Source: Octopus bimaculoides (lineage: Eukaryota). From it: 64,000 nucleotides of DNA. This document shows, one piece after another, positions 24,152 through 37,493 of the stretch. The translations under genes were made by a program, and so were the position numbers. The notes below the pieces were generated by a model, which ran no database searches, was not told the origin of the DNA, and was given only the letters and a program-made list of their open reading frames with translations. The stretch is taken from NCBI RefSeq assembly GCF_001194135.2, contig NC_068990.1, forward strand, positions 4,778,015-4,842,014, given 5' to 3'. Each line of letters starts with the position of its first letter. The stretch's first letter is position 1.

Positions 24152-24777
24152 CACATTACTTGAAGCAATATAATTGAATGAACAAGGATCTGTCTAAAGG
24201 AACTATGAAGGATATATGACAACAATATTGTATTGTCTTCCTAGATAAGATATTTTCATTAGTTGCTCTGAAGCTAAGCTGGTACTGGTTTGTGACTGCT
24301 TATGCTTACATGTCTGCACCAGTGGCATAATTCATCATACTCAAAACTCTATATTAACAGTCCATTGCTGGCATATTTCACCTGGAGAATTACTATCAAT
24401 TGTTTGATTGACCAGTTTCATAGTATGGTCATATTGACCACAGTCTAATAGAGCTATCCAACAGTAACGACAATGAAATTTACTACTCAGTTCAGACAAC
24501 AGAGTATGGGTTGATTTATTTTCTCAATCAACAGTTACAACTTACTAGCTTCTTGATAGTAGTTTCTAATCCTTTTCTGTTTAGTATGCAGTTTTACCTG
24601 ATGAATAAACTTTTGATTTTTAACTATCATAGAAGAAAATAAATCCTATTTTCATCTTGTTTCTTTCATTTTCAATTATTGAAATCAATGTTATATTTTA
24701 CACTCCCTTGATATAAGTGAATGTGAAAGTAATTCAATAAAAGAAAGACTATATATAACACAAAATTAATAAAATAG

Positions 24778-24780
<3 letters not shown>

Positions 24781-24837
<57 letters not shown>

Positions 24838-24847
24838 NNNNNNNNNN

Positions 24848-24876
<29 letters not shown>
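24781..24876. repeat. (CA)n microsatellite with 10-N gap
   Basis: Directly visible (N 24838-24847). Confidence 0.95.
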
Positions 24877-24879
<3 letters not shown>

Positions 24880-25092
24880 AAACAAATGAAAGCAAGCAAT
24901 GAAGTCATCGTAGAAAAACAAGTGTATGCAATTATCTTGAGTATTCACATTGCATAAAATAAAGAACTAAGAGTAGTGCTTTTTGATAACTGAGAAAACT
25001 AAATTATGAGCATTTCACAACAAGAATAGGACTTGGTTTGTTCAATAACTGACCTTCATACAATTTACTTCCCAAAATATTGGACAACAGCT

Positions 25093-25093
25093 A

Positions 25094-25139
<46 letters not shown>

Positions 25140-25161
25140 GTAATAATAATAATAATAATAA
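25093..25161. repeat. (TAA)n tract
   Basis: Directly visible. Confidence 0.95.
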
Positions 25162-25735
25162 TGCAGTACCATAGCTTTGCCCTGATGCAGTACTAGGCAG
25201 TGGTTCTCATGGCTTTTGATTTTAACTGATTGGAAGTGTTATCACGCACATTGTTTTGTCTTGGTTTAAAAGATGGGTTACAGTAAATATTCTGCTCAAT
25301 ACCACAGACTTGCTTGTCAGTTGTTTGACCTTAACCAGTTGAGCATGTCCCTTGGTGGCTGACAATATGTGCATCTCTGATCATGAGCAGAAGTAGTGGG
25401 GGAGCATCAGAGCCATGTGTTGAGAGGAATTCTTTGTTTTTTGAATAATTCACCTCTGGAAACTTGAATGTTTTGTTCATCATCCTTAAACAAACCTTAT
25501 TCAGGGACCTTTTGAGTATGATGGGCTACTCAGCCTGAAGAAAATTCTAACACGGCCCCACCTGTAAGTTCATGCCCTGTTTATCTTGATATGAGATCAC
25601 CATGTCGTGCACATGTGGTTGTGATGCATGTGCCTGGTGTACCCTTATCAGACGGGTAATCATGATGGGTATACTGAGCTTCATATATTTTACCCCAGTG
25701 TCACTTCGATGGCATGCACTGCTCTCTCACTCAAT
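25161..25735. mobile_element. Unclassified ~575-bp interspersed element bounded by (TAA)n on both sides
   Basis: Locally GC-richer block, atgcagtacc...ctctctcactc, with sharp edges at TAA tracts. It resembles a repeat I recall as abundant in octopus sequence; class not determined. Confidence 0.55.
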
Positions 25736-25744
25736 AATAATAAT

Positions 25745-25955
25745 CCTTTCTACCTCAGGCAGAAGGCCTGAAATTTTGGAGGAGGGATAAGTCGATTACA
25801 TTGACCCCATTTTTTCCTTGGTATTTAATTTATTGACCATGAAGAGACGAAAGGCAAAGCCAGCCTTGGCGAAAATTGAACTCAGAACATAGCAATGAGC
25901 AAAACACTACTAAGCATTTCGTTCAGCATGCTAACGATTCTGCCAGCTTGCTGCC
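25745..25955 (-). mobile_element. SINE family B, near full length
   Basis: Reverse complement: ggcagcaagctggcagaatcgttagcatgctgaacgaaatgcttag...gagttcaattttcgccaaggctggctttgcctttcgtc. Confidence 0.9.
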
Positions 25956-25962
25956 AATAATA

Positions 25963-26006
<44 letters not shown>

Positions 26007-26012
<6 letters not shown>

Positions 26013-26196
26013 TATATAACATACAGAAAATTGCACTACTGGGCACTGCACACATTCTACGCAAAACACTTTCAATACAGTAACCATAAGAGCATCACAG
26101 CAAACCACAACACATACCCAAGGCACACAGAGCTGCGCTCGGTAGTGAAGTGAAAGCACGTTATAAAAATAAAACTACTGAATAATAATAATAATA
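26007..26196 (+). mobile_element. Extremely 5'-truncated R4/Dong-clade LINE (last codons + 3' UTR) within (TAA)n
   Basis: Reads KIYNIQKIALLGTAHILRKTLSIQ* (stop at 26081), then ~100-bp UTR and an (AAT)n tail. (AAT)n also lies immediately 5'. Confidence 0.85.
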
Positions 26197-28034
26197 ACAA
26201 TTCAAGTCATTTATCATAATGTTAGTAAAAATACACAACATATGAAAAGTATAATACTTTTCCAAAGCAAACCTCATGATTGGATACTTGGTAGATAGTA
26301 AATGTTTTATATGATGCACTGTAAAAGGACTATTTGTTTATGATATTAAAGAGACCAAGTTGACTTTGCTGTGTGTTAGTGTTGCTGTTAAATCCTAAAG
26401 ACACCCATCGTGGAGCAGACCAATGATGAAAGACTTTCTAGCCATTTCATTATCATTTTTAACAAATAGTGTGTCAAAGAGGATATTTATCAAATATGTT
26501 CTCACTTCATGAGGTTAAATGGTAAGGTGTGGTTCCAGCTATATTTGGCTACTTCTTCTAACAAGTTGAATGAACATGTAGAGGTTCTCTCATTCTGTTC
26601 AATAGTAGATAGAATCAAACAAAAGCATCTGATTAACATCTTTAGTTTAGTTAACTCACTTTCCTTGTGGGAAATGTCTAACATTTAAAATTTGGAAAGA
26701 GTTTCTATTTGAACATGACAGTGTTTGTTTTGTGGAATATACACCATTCTGAACAGACTAATTGGCTGCATAAAGGATCCCAAGCTGCATTATTATATTA
26801 TAACATGCCACACTACATCATATATCAGTAACTTTTGATATGATGTGGCAAGCTGTCATAGTATAATGATAAATAGTATATGCTATGAAGTATTGTGCGA
26901 TATATGGTATTATTACAATGCAGTATTATGTGGCATAGCAATATGTCAAATGGTGTGGTATTGATCTTTCATATTGTTAAGGGGTTGTAGAATGAAATAG
27001 ACTGTACAGATCAATAGAATATTTATAATAAAAAGAGATAAATATAAATATATAACTTTGAGAAAGTATAGATGCTTTCCTTCCAGTTAAATTCAAATTA
27101 TATCTGAACACTCCTCTTGAGTCTGAAATATTGATTAGTAAATGGGCAGACTGTCATTAATAGGACAACTCTGACTGAAACTTATGACAACTGTGAAATT
27201 AATTATTTTAGTAATTTGCAAATGCATTAGCATAAAAATCAGAAAGTTGGATTCATTGATTCATAAGTTTGTGACTTCATGAGTTCAAACTATACCTGCA
27301 GAGATTTTAATGGTGTATGTCAACAACTGTAAAATTTCATACTTGAAGAATTGGAAATGTCTACATTCATGTCATCATTTACCACTGTTAACTTATTTAA
27401 TGCATAGAGAAGTATTATGAGGCAGAAATAATTATGCAGTTTGGGAAAGAATAAAGGAATATTAATCAATGATCAATATTATTTTCAACTTTTGTTATAG
27501 CCATCTTTGTCTTTTATCCTTTCTGGATCAATAAAATGAGGTACCAGTCAAGAGTTGGTGTCAATTTGATTGGCTATAGTCTCTACCAAAATATGTGGTC
27601 ATGGGCCAATGTTTGAAAGAAATATTGTTTATATTATTTTGGCAAGAATAGGAGACAACTGAGGACATTTTCATTTTATTATAATTATCTTACAGTAAGC
27701 CAACTTGCTCTGAAGAAATAATAATTTAACAATTTGCTACTTTACAATCTACAGAATACTTCTCATAAATTACAATTACAAACTTCAAGCAACAATATTC
27801 TTTTAGTTTATAAGAGTGAAATATCAGAAAAAGAATAGTATTTTATGTTTCATCCTTAAATTCAAAGGATAATTAAATATTTAGTTCGTTAGTCATTCCT
27901 TTGTTTACTACGACTTGTTTCATGGCAGATAAACTTAGTTCAGCATGATCACTAGACATATATATGTATGTGTGTGTGTTTATATACAAATAAATGTCTG
28001 TGTATTTATCTATTTATATCTATATTTTGCTTTC

Positions 28035-28520
28035 ATGGCTGCAGAGGCCAAGAAGTTCACTTCAAAACTACATGGATTTTAGGTTCGGTTCTACTATGTG
28101 GAACTTTTGCTAAGTGTCTTCTTCTATCGCTATAGGTCAACAAACTCCTTATAAATGAATTTTGAATAAATTTGATGGTCAGAAACTGAAATCCCAGTGT
28201 ATATAAGCGTTTGTATATGTATACATGCATGTGTGTGTGGGTGTGTGTGCAGATGTCAGTGTTTGTTTACATTTGCATTGTTTTAAAAGTTGTTGACCAA
28301 TATATGTTGGTAATGGTGTCACTTCCCTTGTCAACAACTTATCTGCAGCTTCGCACCTTGCAAAACATGAAATAAGAGATCCCTTACTTGAAAAACAAGT
28401 AAGGATCAATGAGAGGGAGGTTATCCAGCTGTAAAACAATGCGTTGATGATATATCTGTCTAAACAATGTAAGCATGGAAAGACAAATGTAAAATGAACA
28501 AACCAATGAGAACATAAACT
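28035..28520 (+). mobile_element. Degenerate SINE family C copy
   Basis: Head catggctgcagaggccaagaag...aggttcggttctact...gctaagtgtcttcttctat, a central TG-rich tract, and diverged 3' part. Confidence 0.55.
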
Positions 28521-29650
28521 CATACATATTTATGTGAGATAATTAACACAAGAATCACACATTTGGACGACAATGTTTGACATTGTAACTGACCAGTCAT
28601 GTCAGCAGATTTGAAAGAAATGAAATGTCTTTTATTATTATTCCCAAACTAGCTGGACATGCAGAGTCAACTGGTCAAATGAAACTGTGGCTTGGGTGTG
28701 AAATTGTCTCACATAGATTTATATATTTAAGATTATTCATATTTCCAGAATTTAGTTTTATTGAGCATTTTAAAGTTTTTATATCTTAATATAAAGAAAA
28801 GAAACTATATAAATATATGAGTAAAAATTTGGTGAGTAAATATTCAATAGAAACAGTAAAATTTATAATGTCATTTGAAGAAGGTGGTCACTCAGTTACT
28901 GCTGGCAACCTGAGTTTGACAGATGCAAACTCAGAAAAACCATAGACGAATATTTGAATGAAAAGTTCAGTTCAGTATTATATATTGCCAGACTGAGAAA
29001 ACAAAGAAAAATTCTTACTAAATACACAAATAGATGCCCAAATAACTTATGAACTTCCAAAATATGGAAGATATAAAACTTGACCAAAATAGATTGAAAA
29101 AGATATAAATAATGGGACATGACAAATAAGACAACATTTATTGTCTTGATTCTAAAAGAATAATAAAATCAACATTTCAGTCATGATAAGAGAAGGGCTA
29201 TAAATATAAACTAAAAACTTAGTCAACAGAGTACAAGACAGCTACCAGGAAAGTTATTGGTTTGTATCCTGTTACTGCCACTACATAGTGTCCATGACCA
29301 ATTCACTGAATCTCAAATGATCCATTCCATGCATGCTAAAAGGAAAAAAATGTCACTGAAAGGAATTCTGTTATTGTAAAATTGTTGAATGTTTCACTAG
29401 CCTATTGTGCTAAGTTTAACTGTTAAGGGAATAGCTCTGAGAAGGATAGGTTTTGCCATATCTAGACACTCACTGTGCAAAGTTCAAGTTTCCAGTGTTG
29501 CACAGTTGACCGGTGGGTTAAAAACCCACTACTATTACCATCAATCATGATCATTTATTGACTTGGCAGAATTAGCACACGCCAGCAATAAGTTTGTTTT
29601 ACTGTATTTTATAAGCAAGAATGACCATTCTTGTTTACATTCAGTGACTT

Positions 29651-29712
29651 GGGGAGTTTCTTTGACTGAAGAGCCTCATTCAGATTGAAACACCAGGGTC
29701 TCAGAGTTCCCC
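29651..29712 (+). ncRNA. Putative degenerate type I hammerhead ribozyme
   Basis: Core CTGAAGA (29666-72), GAAA (29687-90) and GTC (29698-700) in type I order. Stem I ctttga/tcagag extends past a ttt bulge by ggggag/ttcccc. Stems II and III are imperfect. Confidence 0.45.
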
Positions 29713-29869
29713 CACATCATTAAGAGTGTTGTTAACACACATTGTCTAAAGGAAGACATGTTTTATAAAGGCGATATACAGCAGCCATTAACATATTTAC
29801 ATTGAAATCTAAATCTATCAAAACATATCAAGAAGGAATATGTACATCATCATTGAAATATAATATAAC

Positions 29870-30060
29870 TGTTAATGAAGCCAATAGAGTATTCCTGATA
29901 AACCACATCTTACTATCTTGAAAAAGGTAGTACCTTGAAAAAGGTAGAATATTGGATAATATAGTTCTATATCCTTTATCTGACAAAATGTGATAGACAT
30001 GGTTGGAACAATTTGATCAGAGATCTACCTGATCAGACCTCGCCCAAAACTAAACAACAC
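29870..30060 (-). repeat. Family D interspersed repeat copy
   Basis: Reverse complement begins gtgttgtttagttttgggcgaggtctgatcaggtagatctctgatcaaa, similar to 6597 and 40711. Confidence 0.5.
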
Positions 30061-31672
30061 AGATGTATGTCTGTTAGTTGATTGTTATATTAACCAACTA
30101 TGAGTTTTTTGGCTTTCTGTGTTTTGTTTTGACTTTTCTTAAGCATGAACTTATAAGTTTATATTCTATTGAATAAGTGAACAGGAATATGTTTTAAACA
30201 AATAACACTTATCAAAATTATTTAATTTATTGCATCGGATTATTGATAACCAATCAAATATGACATTAGTCATACATAAATCTTAGTAAAGAATATAGAA
30301 ATGACATTCACTAAATTTATCTAAAAATGGAATATTATCAATAAATTCATTTAACACTTTGTTTGACCCTACCCAAATATTTAAGCTATTTTTAACAAAA
30401 TGGATATACAAAATGTTACTAACTTCTTTGAGATTTATTGAAAATTCAATAGAAATTTACAGGATTATTTTTCTGACTTTCTGCCAAGATTGCCTTTTCA
30501 TTGATTAAAACTACTAAGATTCTGATTATATAATTTCAAATTTTCTATATAATTTTACAGCATTACTTCTACCATTCTCAAAGCCATATTTTTGCAGGTC
30601 AGATTCTTTTAACATTGAGAATATTTATGTATGTTAAACTGAGATCAGAGTATAAACTTTTAAAACTTTGACCTTAAAGCTTATTAGGGAGTGTTTGAAA
30701 ATGGATAAAAATCAACAAAACATAGTTTAACATTTCTCATATTTCATGTTTTCATGCCAAAGTTTTCCCAGCTTTTGTCTGACATACATCTTGGGGAGTT
30801 CAAAAAGACCCACAAAGTCTTCTTGATGTCAAAACAGCAAATAAGTCTACAGACAGATGATGATGATCCTGTGTCTGAATCAATTATTAAATACAGGCAC
30901 TTTAGGTCAACAATGTATCACTTAGCACTTTATTTCAATTTGATATTAAGCAGAAATGAAGAATACCAATTTTAATTCTATAATGTTTGCTTTGACTATT
31001 ATCTGTTTTATCCCAATTATCACTGTTTGATCCATTTAGTTATCTTAAACTATTTTGCTCATTAAATTACACTGTTGCCATCAATTGAAAAAAAAATTGT
31101 GAAAAATGTGTGTTATTGCATGAGACTCACTAAACACATTCATACAACAATAACAGAGAATGTATCTCTTTCCCTTTGATTATAACTATTTACATATGCT
31201 ACTATGATCTGGACTTCTTATCTAATCAAACCTAAATTACTTTCATAAGCACTACTTTTAGACTGAAGTTTCCCAGCTTACCTGAATTAGAATATACTTT
31301 TCATATTGATTTTGACCTTCTTAAAGATTAGAGATATATAACAGTATAAATTTAAGCTCAAACCAAGATAGTTAAGTTAAACAGATAATCAAACTGAAAA
31401 GCATTTATAAATGTTTAAAAAACAAAGGTATTTCAGTTGAATTGAAACCTAAGAATAATGGAAAATCATAGTTTAACTGTTGAATAATATTAATTATATT
31501 ACATCCATTATGCTTAAAGGGCAACTGTACACCAGATAAATATTCCATTCCTTCCTGGTTTTAGAAGAAACCCTCCATTCTATTATAATATTCATAGATC
31601 ATAATTTTTTTTTGGAACCATGAGCAATAATTTTTTAAGGTTTATTTATTGATATTTATCTATACTAATTAT

Positions 31673-31890
31673 AAGGCAGTAAGTTACCAGGATCTTTAGC
31701 ATACCAGGCAATATGCTTAGCAGCATTCTATTGTCTGTAACTTCTGAGTTCAAATTCTTCTGAGGTTGACTTTGCCTTTCATCATTTTCGGATCAATAAA
31801 ATAAGTAACAGTTGAACACTGGGATCGATGTAATTGACTAACCCCTCCCCCAGAATTAATGACTTTGAGTCAAATTTGAAACCAATATTT
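31673..31890 (+). mobile_element. SINE family B, near full length
   Basis: aaggcagtaagttaccagg...ctgagttcaaattcttctgaggttgactttgcctttcatcattttcggatcaataaaataagtaacag...aaatttgaaacc. Confidence 0.9.
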
Positions 31891-34800
31891 ATTTATACTA
31901 ATTACTTTTATCATTTTAGCTGTTGTTGAGTCCCTCCATGCTCACGGGTAAGTTCTGATCAAGCATTCCTATGATGAATGACATTCCTTCCATGACTATC
32001 AAATCTTATTGCATATTCAGGATTACATTGTCCCATACATCATGTTTATGATTATACTAGTGTTGTCCTTGTTCTTGATTAACACCAGATCAATTGTGAA
32101 TAATCAGAGTTGTGATCAAGTTGTGACCACCCATCTTTTTAAAGGGCATTATCTCGTCTTTTTTTAAGATGGTAGTGAAATTGAATTAGATTTAACTACT
32201 AATGTCTAGCCAATCACCCATTATTGTCCCTACTGCTTCTATTACCAAAATAAGACTGAAAGATAAAAAAAAAATTAGTGCCTTAAAGATGATTGATAAA
32301 GTATATTTTCATTTTCTTTGATTAACAAAGATTATAAATTCAATATTTGGCCAGGAAAAACAAGTGGAGAAAATCTGAAAATGTATTAGTTCAGATAAAA
32401 TACAAAAAGTTTTTTCACTTTTTAATCTATATAACACAGGCCAATCTAGCATATAGTTATAAAAGGACTGAGCTAATTAGAATAAAGGCATTTAAAACTT
32501 AAATAATTGTGAGTCTGAAACTATGATCAATAAGTTAACAATCTAGCACCCTAACGTTGTTATATCATGTAAGATAAATATTGAAAACAAATGAGAAAAC
32601 AGAAAATATGTAAATATGTAAACGTCATCCATTCTATTGAGAGTTTTGTAGTCAGGTTGAACTACTGAAAGGTGATTGGAAAACTAAATAAAGAATTTTA
32701 AAAATGGAAATTCTTTTGAATTTTAATGACTGAATTAATATTGATGATATATCTACTTTATAATTGTTGTCAAACTAAACAAAGTGCAAAAGTTATGTGG
32801 AGAGAGGATTGGCTAAATGTGAGTAGAATTCTTAAATAAAATAGCTATATTCCCCAAAGGATAACCTAAAAGTAATGTACTGGTAAGATCAATAAAATAG
32901 AAAATGAACAAATATTGCAATAGAGCAAATATATACTTGTTAGACACTGGAATACTAAGAGACAAGTGATGGTTTATATCAGCAAAAATCAGGTCAACAA
33001 AGCTTAAAAAATGGATAATGTTAGAGTGACTTAATATGACAGCAATAAGAAGGAAGAAAAGATAGAAGTTAGGGGGAAAGATGATGGTCAGTAAGTGGTC
33101 AGAACTAAAACATACACAGGAAAACAAAATAAAATGATAAAAAAAATAAAAATGAGAAAGAGAAGGAAAGGTAAAAGAAGTGAGAAAAGAATAAGGAGGT
33201 AAAAAAGTGAGACAAGCTTAGGTTAAAATATGATGATCAACAAAGAGTTAAACTTGAACTTTAACAGAGGTAATATAGAATAACCAAAGCTAAAAATAGG
33301 GTGAGGAATGTGCTATAACCACTGTAAAGAGAGGAAAAAGATGCAAAGATTAGGTGACAACAGAAGAGAAAGCAGAAACAGAACAGACAATGTAGAAAAA
33401 GTCAGAAGGTAAATAAGAAGGAAAAATAAAAAAGAACAATGAAAAACAGTTAAGAAAAACGTTACAAAAAAGGGAAACCACTCAATGTTGATAAGTTATG
33501 AAGAAGTTCCAAGATTGAAAAGGAAATATTTCTCTTTATGTTAACAAATGTTTCAAGATCCATTGTTTAAAGTGATACTACACACAAAAATTTGATTTGT
33601 AGAGTGACTCAAAGCGAGGAAGTGTCATGTTTGAAGAATTACAAAGTGCAGTTCTAGACATCAAGAAAATACTCCTAGCATTAGATGCTCAAACAGTGTC
33701 CTGTTTAATCTTTGTATAACACATTACAGAGGTTGTACATGGTACAAAGTTGAGAGAAGTGCAGTTTGCTGATGATGGCTTAGAAATGACTATTATGATG
33801 TGGTTATCAGGGTGGTATGTGAAGATAATGTTTAAAATAGAATAAAGCACTGAGAACAGGAAATATTTGAATATCTTGGTCTTGGAGTGGCTGGAACTTC
33901 TGATCAATCAATATACAACACAGATATTTGGTCATTAAAAGAGAAGAGAGTGATTTAAGACGGGAGTGGTTTCCAGCTCAGAATATTGGAAGCAAAAGTT
34001 ACAAAGAATAATCCTTTGAAAAGAAAGAGCAGATGAGTGAAATTTGATAGAACCTTGCATTCAGATTTAAAAGTATATGTGATAGAACTGTGGTGGTTTC
34101 GCAGAGAAGTTTGAATTGCTCAAGTTCAGCACTGATCTGATAAATGAATAAAAAGAAGTGATGCATTTCCTGAGATCTGAAGAGGAAATCAAAGTCATTA
34201 CTACATAACTGGCAAAATCAGATAATCTGAGTGTTCTGGAATGATAGACTAGATATGTGCCAGATGTGAAGAACAGAGATCAAGAAGAGTGGAAATTAGT
34301 TTATGGTAGACAAAGATGTATAAGATGAAGGTTGTTAATAGCAACGGTGATATCAAGGAAAGTAACAGAAATTTCAAATATTGTCAAAGAAAATTCAATT
34401 TCAAGGTAAAAAAAAATAATCATTAATCCAAGTGATAAAGAAAGCAAGTTCTCTGGTGGAAGACATTCCTACTGATGTAATCTTTAATGAAATACCTTAA
34501 GAGTTCATGAATAAACCCAATGAACTGAAAAAGTATCCTAGATTCACCATGATGTACAAAATATTTAATGCAATAAGAGTCCATGTTGGTCTTTATAGCT
34601 TCACTACTGCCATGGAAGAACTCACTAGAGTATACTAGATAAAATAAAGATGTGTTTTGTTGCTTGGAACATATTCGTAATACTAAATGTTAAGTAAAAT
34701 AATTACATTTTTGGCATAGAACCAAATATCTGGGCAAAAAGTAATTACATAATTTTACTTAGGTAAGCTGGAAGAAGCTCAATGGGTCAACTACAAGCAA

Positions 34801-35454
34801 ATATTATAGAGCAACTATGATTGCTGAGCTCACAAATGTTAGAAAATCAGAAAATGGAATTTTGGAGTATTTTCACAAAATTAGTGGCAGTAGTAGAAAC
34901 AGTATAAGAGGTGAGCTTGTGAATGGTAGTCTTACTTTATTTTTTTTAACTTTCATAAGATTTGACTAAACTAGAAAAAAACATTTTATTGATGGAGATC
35001 TATAAAAGAATCCACTATAGTGTGTCCTTTATCAGTTGATTACTACTTCTACTAGTTCCAAACTTTCTGAATGTGTGCAGTTGACAGAAGCAGATATAGA
35101 AATATTATATTTGTTTTTTTTAAATATCAAAACGTTGAGGTTGTGATTGCAGTTATTTATAAACAAGTCATTATAACCATCACCATTTTATGTCTGTTTT
35201 TCTATGCTGACATTGGTTCTCCAGTATAGCATCTTGTCACTTATTGCTCTTCTTCATAATCTTTTTTTTACAAGAATTAGGATCTTCAGATCAGCCCCTT
35301 CACCATTTCTTTGCATGTCTCCCTCAGTGTTCCTCTTCTGTAGATTTTTTCCACCAAGCACTTCTTTTTCCAACAGTCATCCTTCATTTGAATCTCATGT
35401 CAAGGACACAGCTGATTTCTTTTAAACTGTTTTTCTCACATGTATGTTAATATT

Positions 35455-35667
35455 ATTTTCAAATTTTGACACAAGACCAGCAATTTCATGAGAGGGTATA
35501 AGTCAATTATATCAACCTCAGTGCTCAACTGGCATTTATTTTATCGCCCCTGAAAGGATGAAAGACAAAGACAATCTCAGTGAAATTTGAACTCAGCACG
35601 TAAAGATGGACGAAATGCCACAAAGTACTTTGCCTAGCATACTAAGGATTCTGCCAACTTGCTGTCT
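35455..35667 (-). mobile_element. SINE family B, near full length
   Basis: Plus strand ctgaaaggatgaaagacaaag...tttgaactcag...ctgccaacttgctgtc is the reverse complement of family B. Confidence 0.9.
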
Positions 35668-35689
35668 TACATGAATGTTCATATTGCAT

Positions 35690-36060
35690 ATCCATTGGGG
35701 CAAGCTCACTTTATTTCTTTTCAATCCATCCTCTCTGCATTCAGTACCCATGTCCATTACATAAGCCAAAGCAATTTGCCTTCTATTTGTAGATAGAATC
35801 CCCTTGATTCCAGTGGCGGTAATAGCATCTTGAACGTTTACCATTCTGTTCTTACAATAACTACCATGCTTTTACAACAGACAAGGTCACTTAAATAACA
35901 AAAGTTGTCAATAACTTTTAGGGAGTCTTCCAAGTTTTTGAAAAAATTCATTTTGCAGATGTTCTTCTTTCTAATTACTCCTATAATAAAATCCAGTTTT
36001 GTCAGCCTGCCTCTTTTCCCACAACATTTTACGTGCATCCATAGTTTACATTAGATATAA
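35690..36060 (-). mobile_element. RTE-clade LINE RT C-terminal fragment
   Basis: DSLKVIDNFCYLSDLV...VVIVRTEW resembles the RTE motif LEVVDSFCYLGD...ARIRIGW. Confidence 0.7.
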
Positions 36061-37493
36061 AATATACAATTCCTATCTTTGCCTTCTCTTGATATCAAGC
36101 ACGACTATTTCTCTGATGATAGCAGAGTTCTGTATTCATTCTTGCTATGGTTTTTTTTTTATTTTTGCAAGATTTAGCTTACCTCTTAGCTCATTTGTAT
36201 TCTGTTACCTTTTGTCTTTTATATCACAATATAAATTTTATTCAATCAAGCAGTTAGATTTCTATTTGATTTCAATGAAGCAGTCTTTTGTATGAGGGAT
36301 CAGAGATGCAGTTAATGACTAAGTTTACTAAGGGCAATTCAGTTCTTACTAATTCAAATATGTAGGCTTGGTACTTATATCATATTATAGTCACGTATAT
36401 TTTGAATAGTTTATTTTCCAATATGTGAATATAGGATATTTCAATATGAGATGATAGTCTTCATATACACATACACACACAAACACACAGATAGTGACAC
36501 ATAGAAGAAAGAGAGAGGGGTAGGGAAGAGGGAAAGAAAGGGGGAAAGGAAAAGAAGGAAATAGAAAGAAAGAGTTTATTGAAGGAATAAGAAAACCAAT
36601 GAAAGAATGAACAATTATGTGTGTTTTGTGGTAATTAACAAGATTCATTATTATTTGCATATATCTATACTAGATAATAGCAACTTAAACTTCAATTCTG
36701 TCTCACAGAGAGGAAATAATGTAACCCCTATTAGAATGATGAATCTTGTGTGCATATGTTTGTGTTAGTGAGGGGGAGAGAGAGAAGGGAGAGAGAGAGA
36801 GAGCATGGGAGAAAGAAAGCACGGGAGAAAGAAGAGACAGAGAAGGGGTTAAATGAAAAGCCTTTTGATTGGCTTGCACTACATGCTCAGTGCCAAAAGG
36901 AGACTAATAGGAAATAATTAATTCCCACTTGTGTCAGATCACAGCTCATTGAAGAGCATTGCAATTTCCTCTGCATACATCAGCAGTGATAATAGCACTG
37001 TGTATATGAAGCAGTATTTACTTAGTACACACATTGTTCAACAGGTATTTAAGGACTTCACCATCAAAAATAAACAGATTTCTCCAGTGAAGGACCTAAC
37101 ACAACTTGCAATGATTAAATTTAATCTACTAAGAATCAAAAGCAAGAACAAAGTTTAACTGCATGTCTCAATCTTTACTTCTACCCTTTCTATTCTATTT
37201 ATCTAATCAAATACTCATAAGCTAGTGAGGAAGCTTGTACACGGTCATTTGACTTAGAAGAAATATTCCTTTCAAATCACACCCACTATATTTGTTTTTA
37301 AAAAAGAACTCATTGCATATCGTGGTCTGAGATAAACAATATCTGAAATGCTGTAACGGTCATAGCTTGAATGACTTTATCTGAAGTATGTTTGATCAGA
37401 ACTGAAAATAATGAAAAATACAAAGCTCACATAAACTTCCATTTAAAGAGATCTCCTATCACTCATACTTTTATAGAACACAGCTTTTTTTAT

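Noticed and set aside
26806-26850. pre-miRNA-like hairpin
   Set aside because: Only 7+6 bp of stem with a 5-nt bulge, too short and unstable.
30754-30975. 73-aa ORF or exon
   Set aside because: An alternate frame (QSLLDVKT) resembles the end of an RTE endonuclease and the donors are weak, so it is likely LINE debris.
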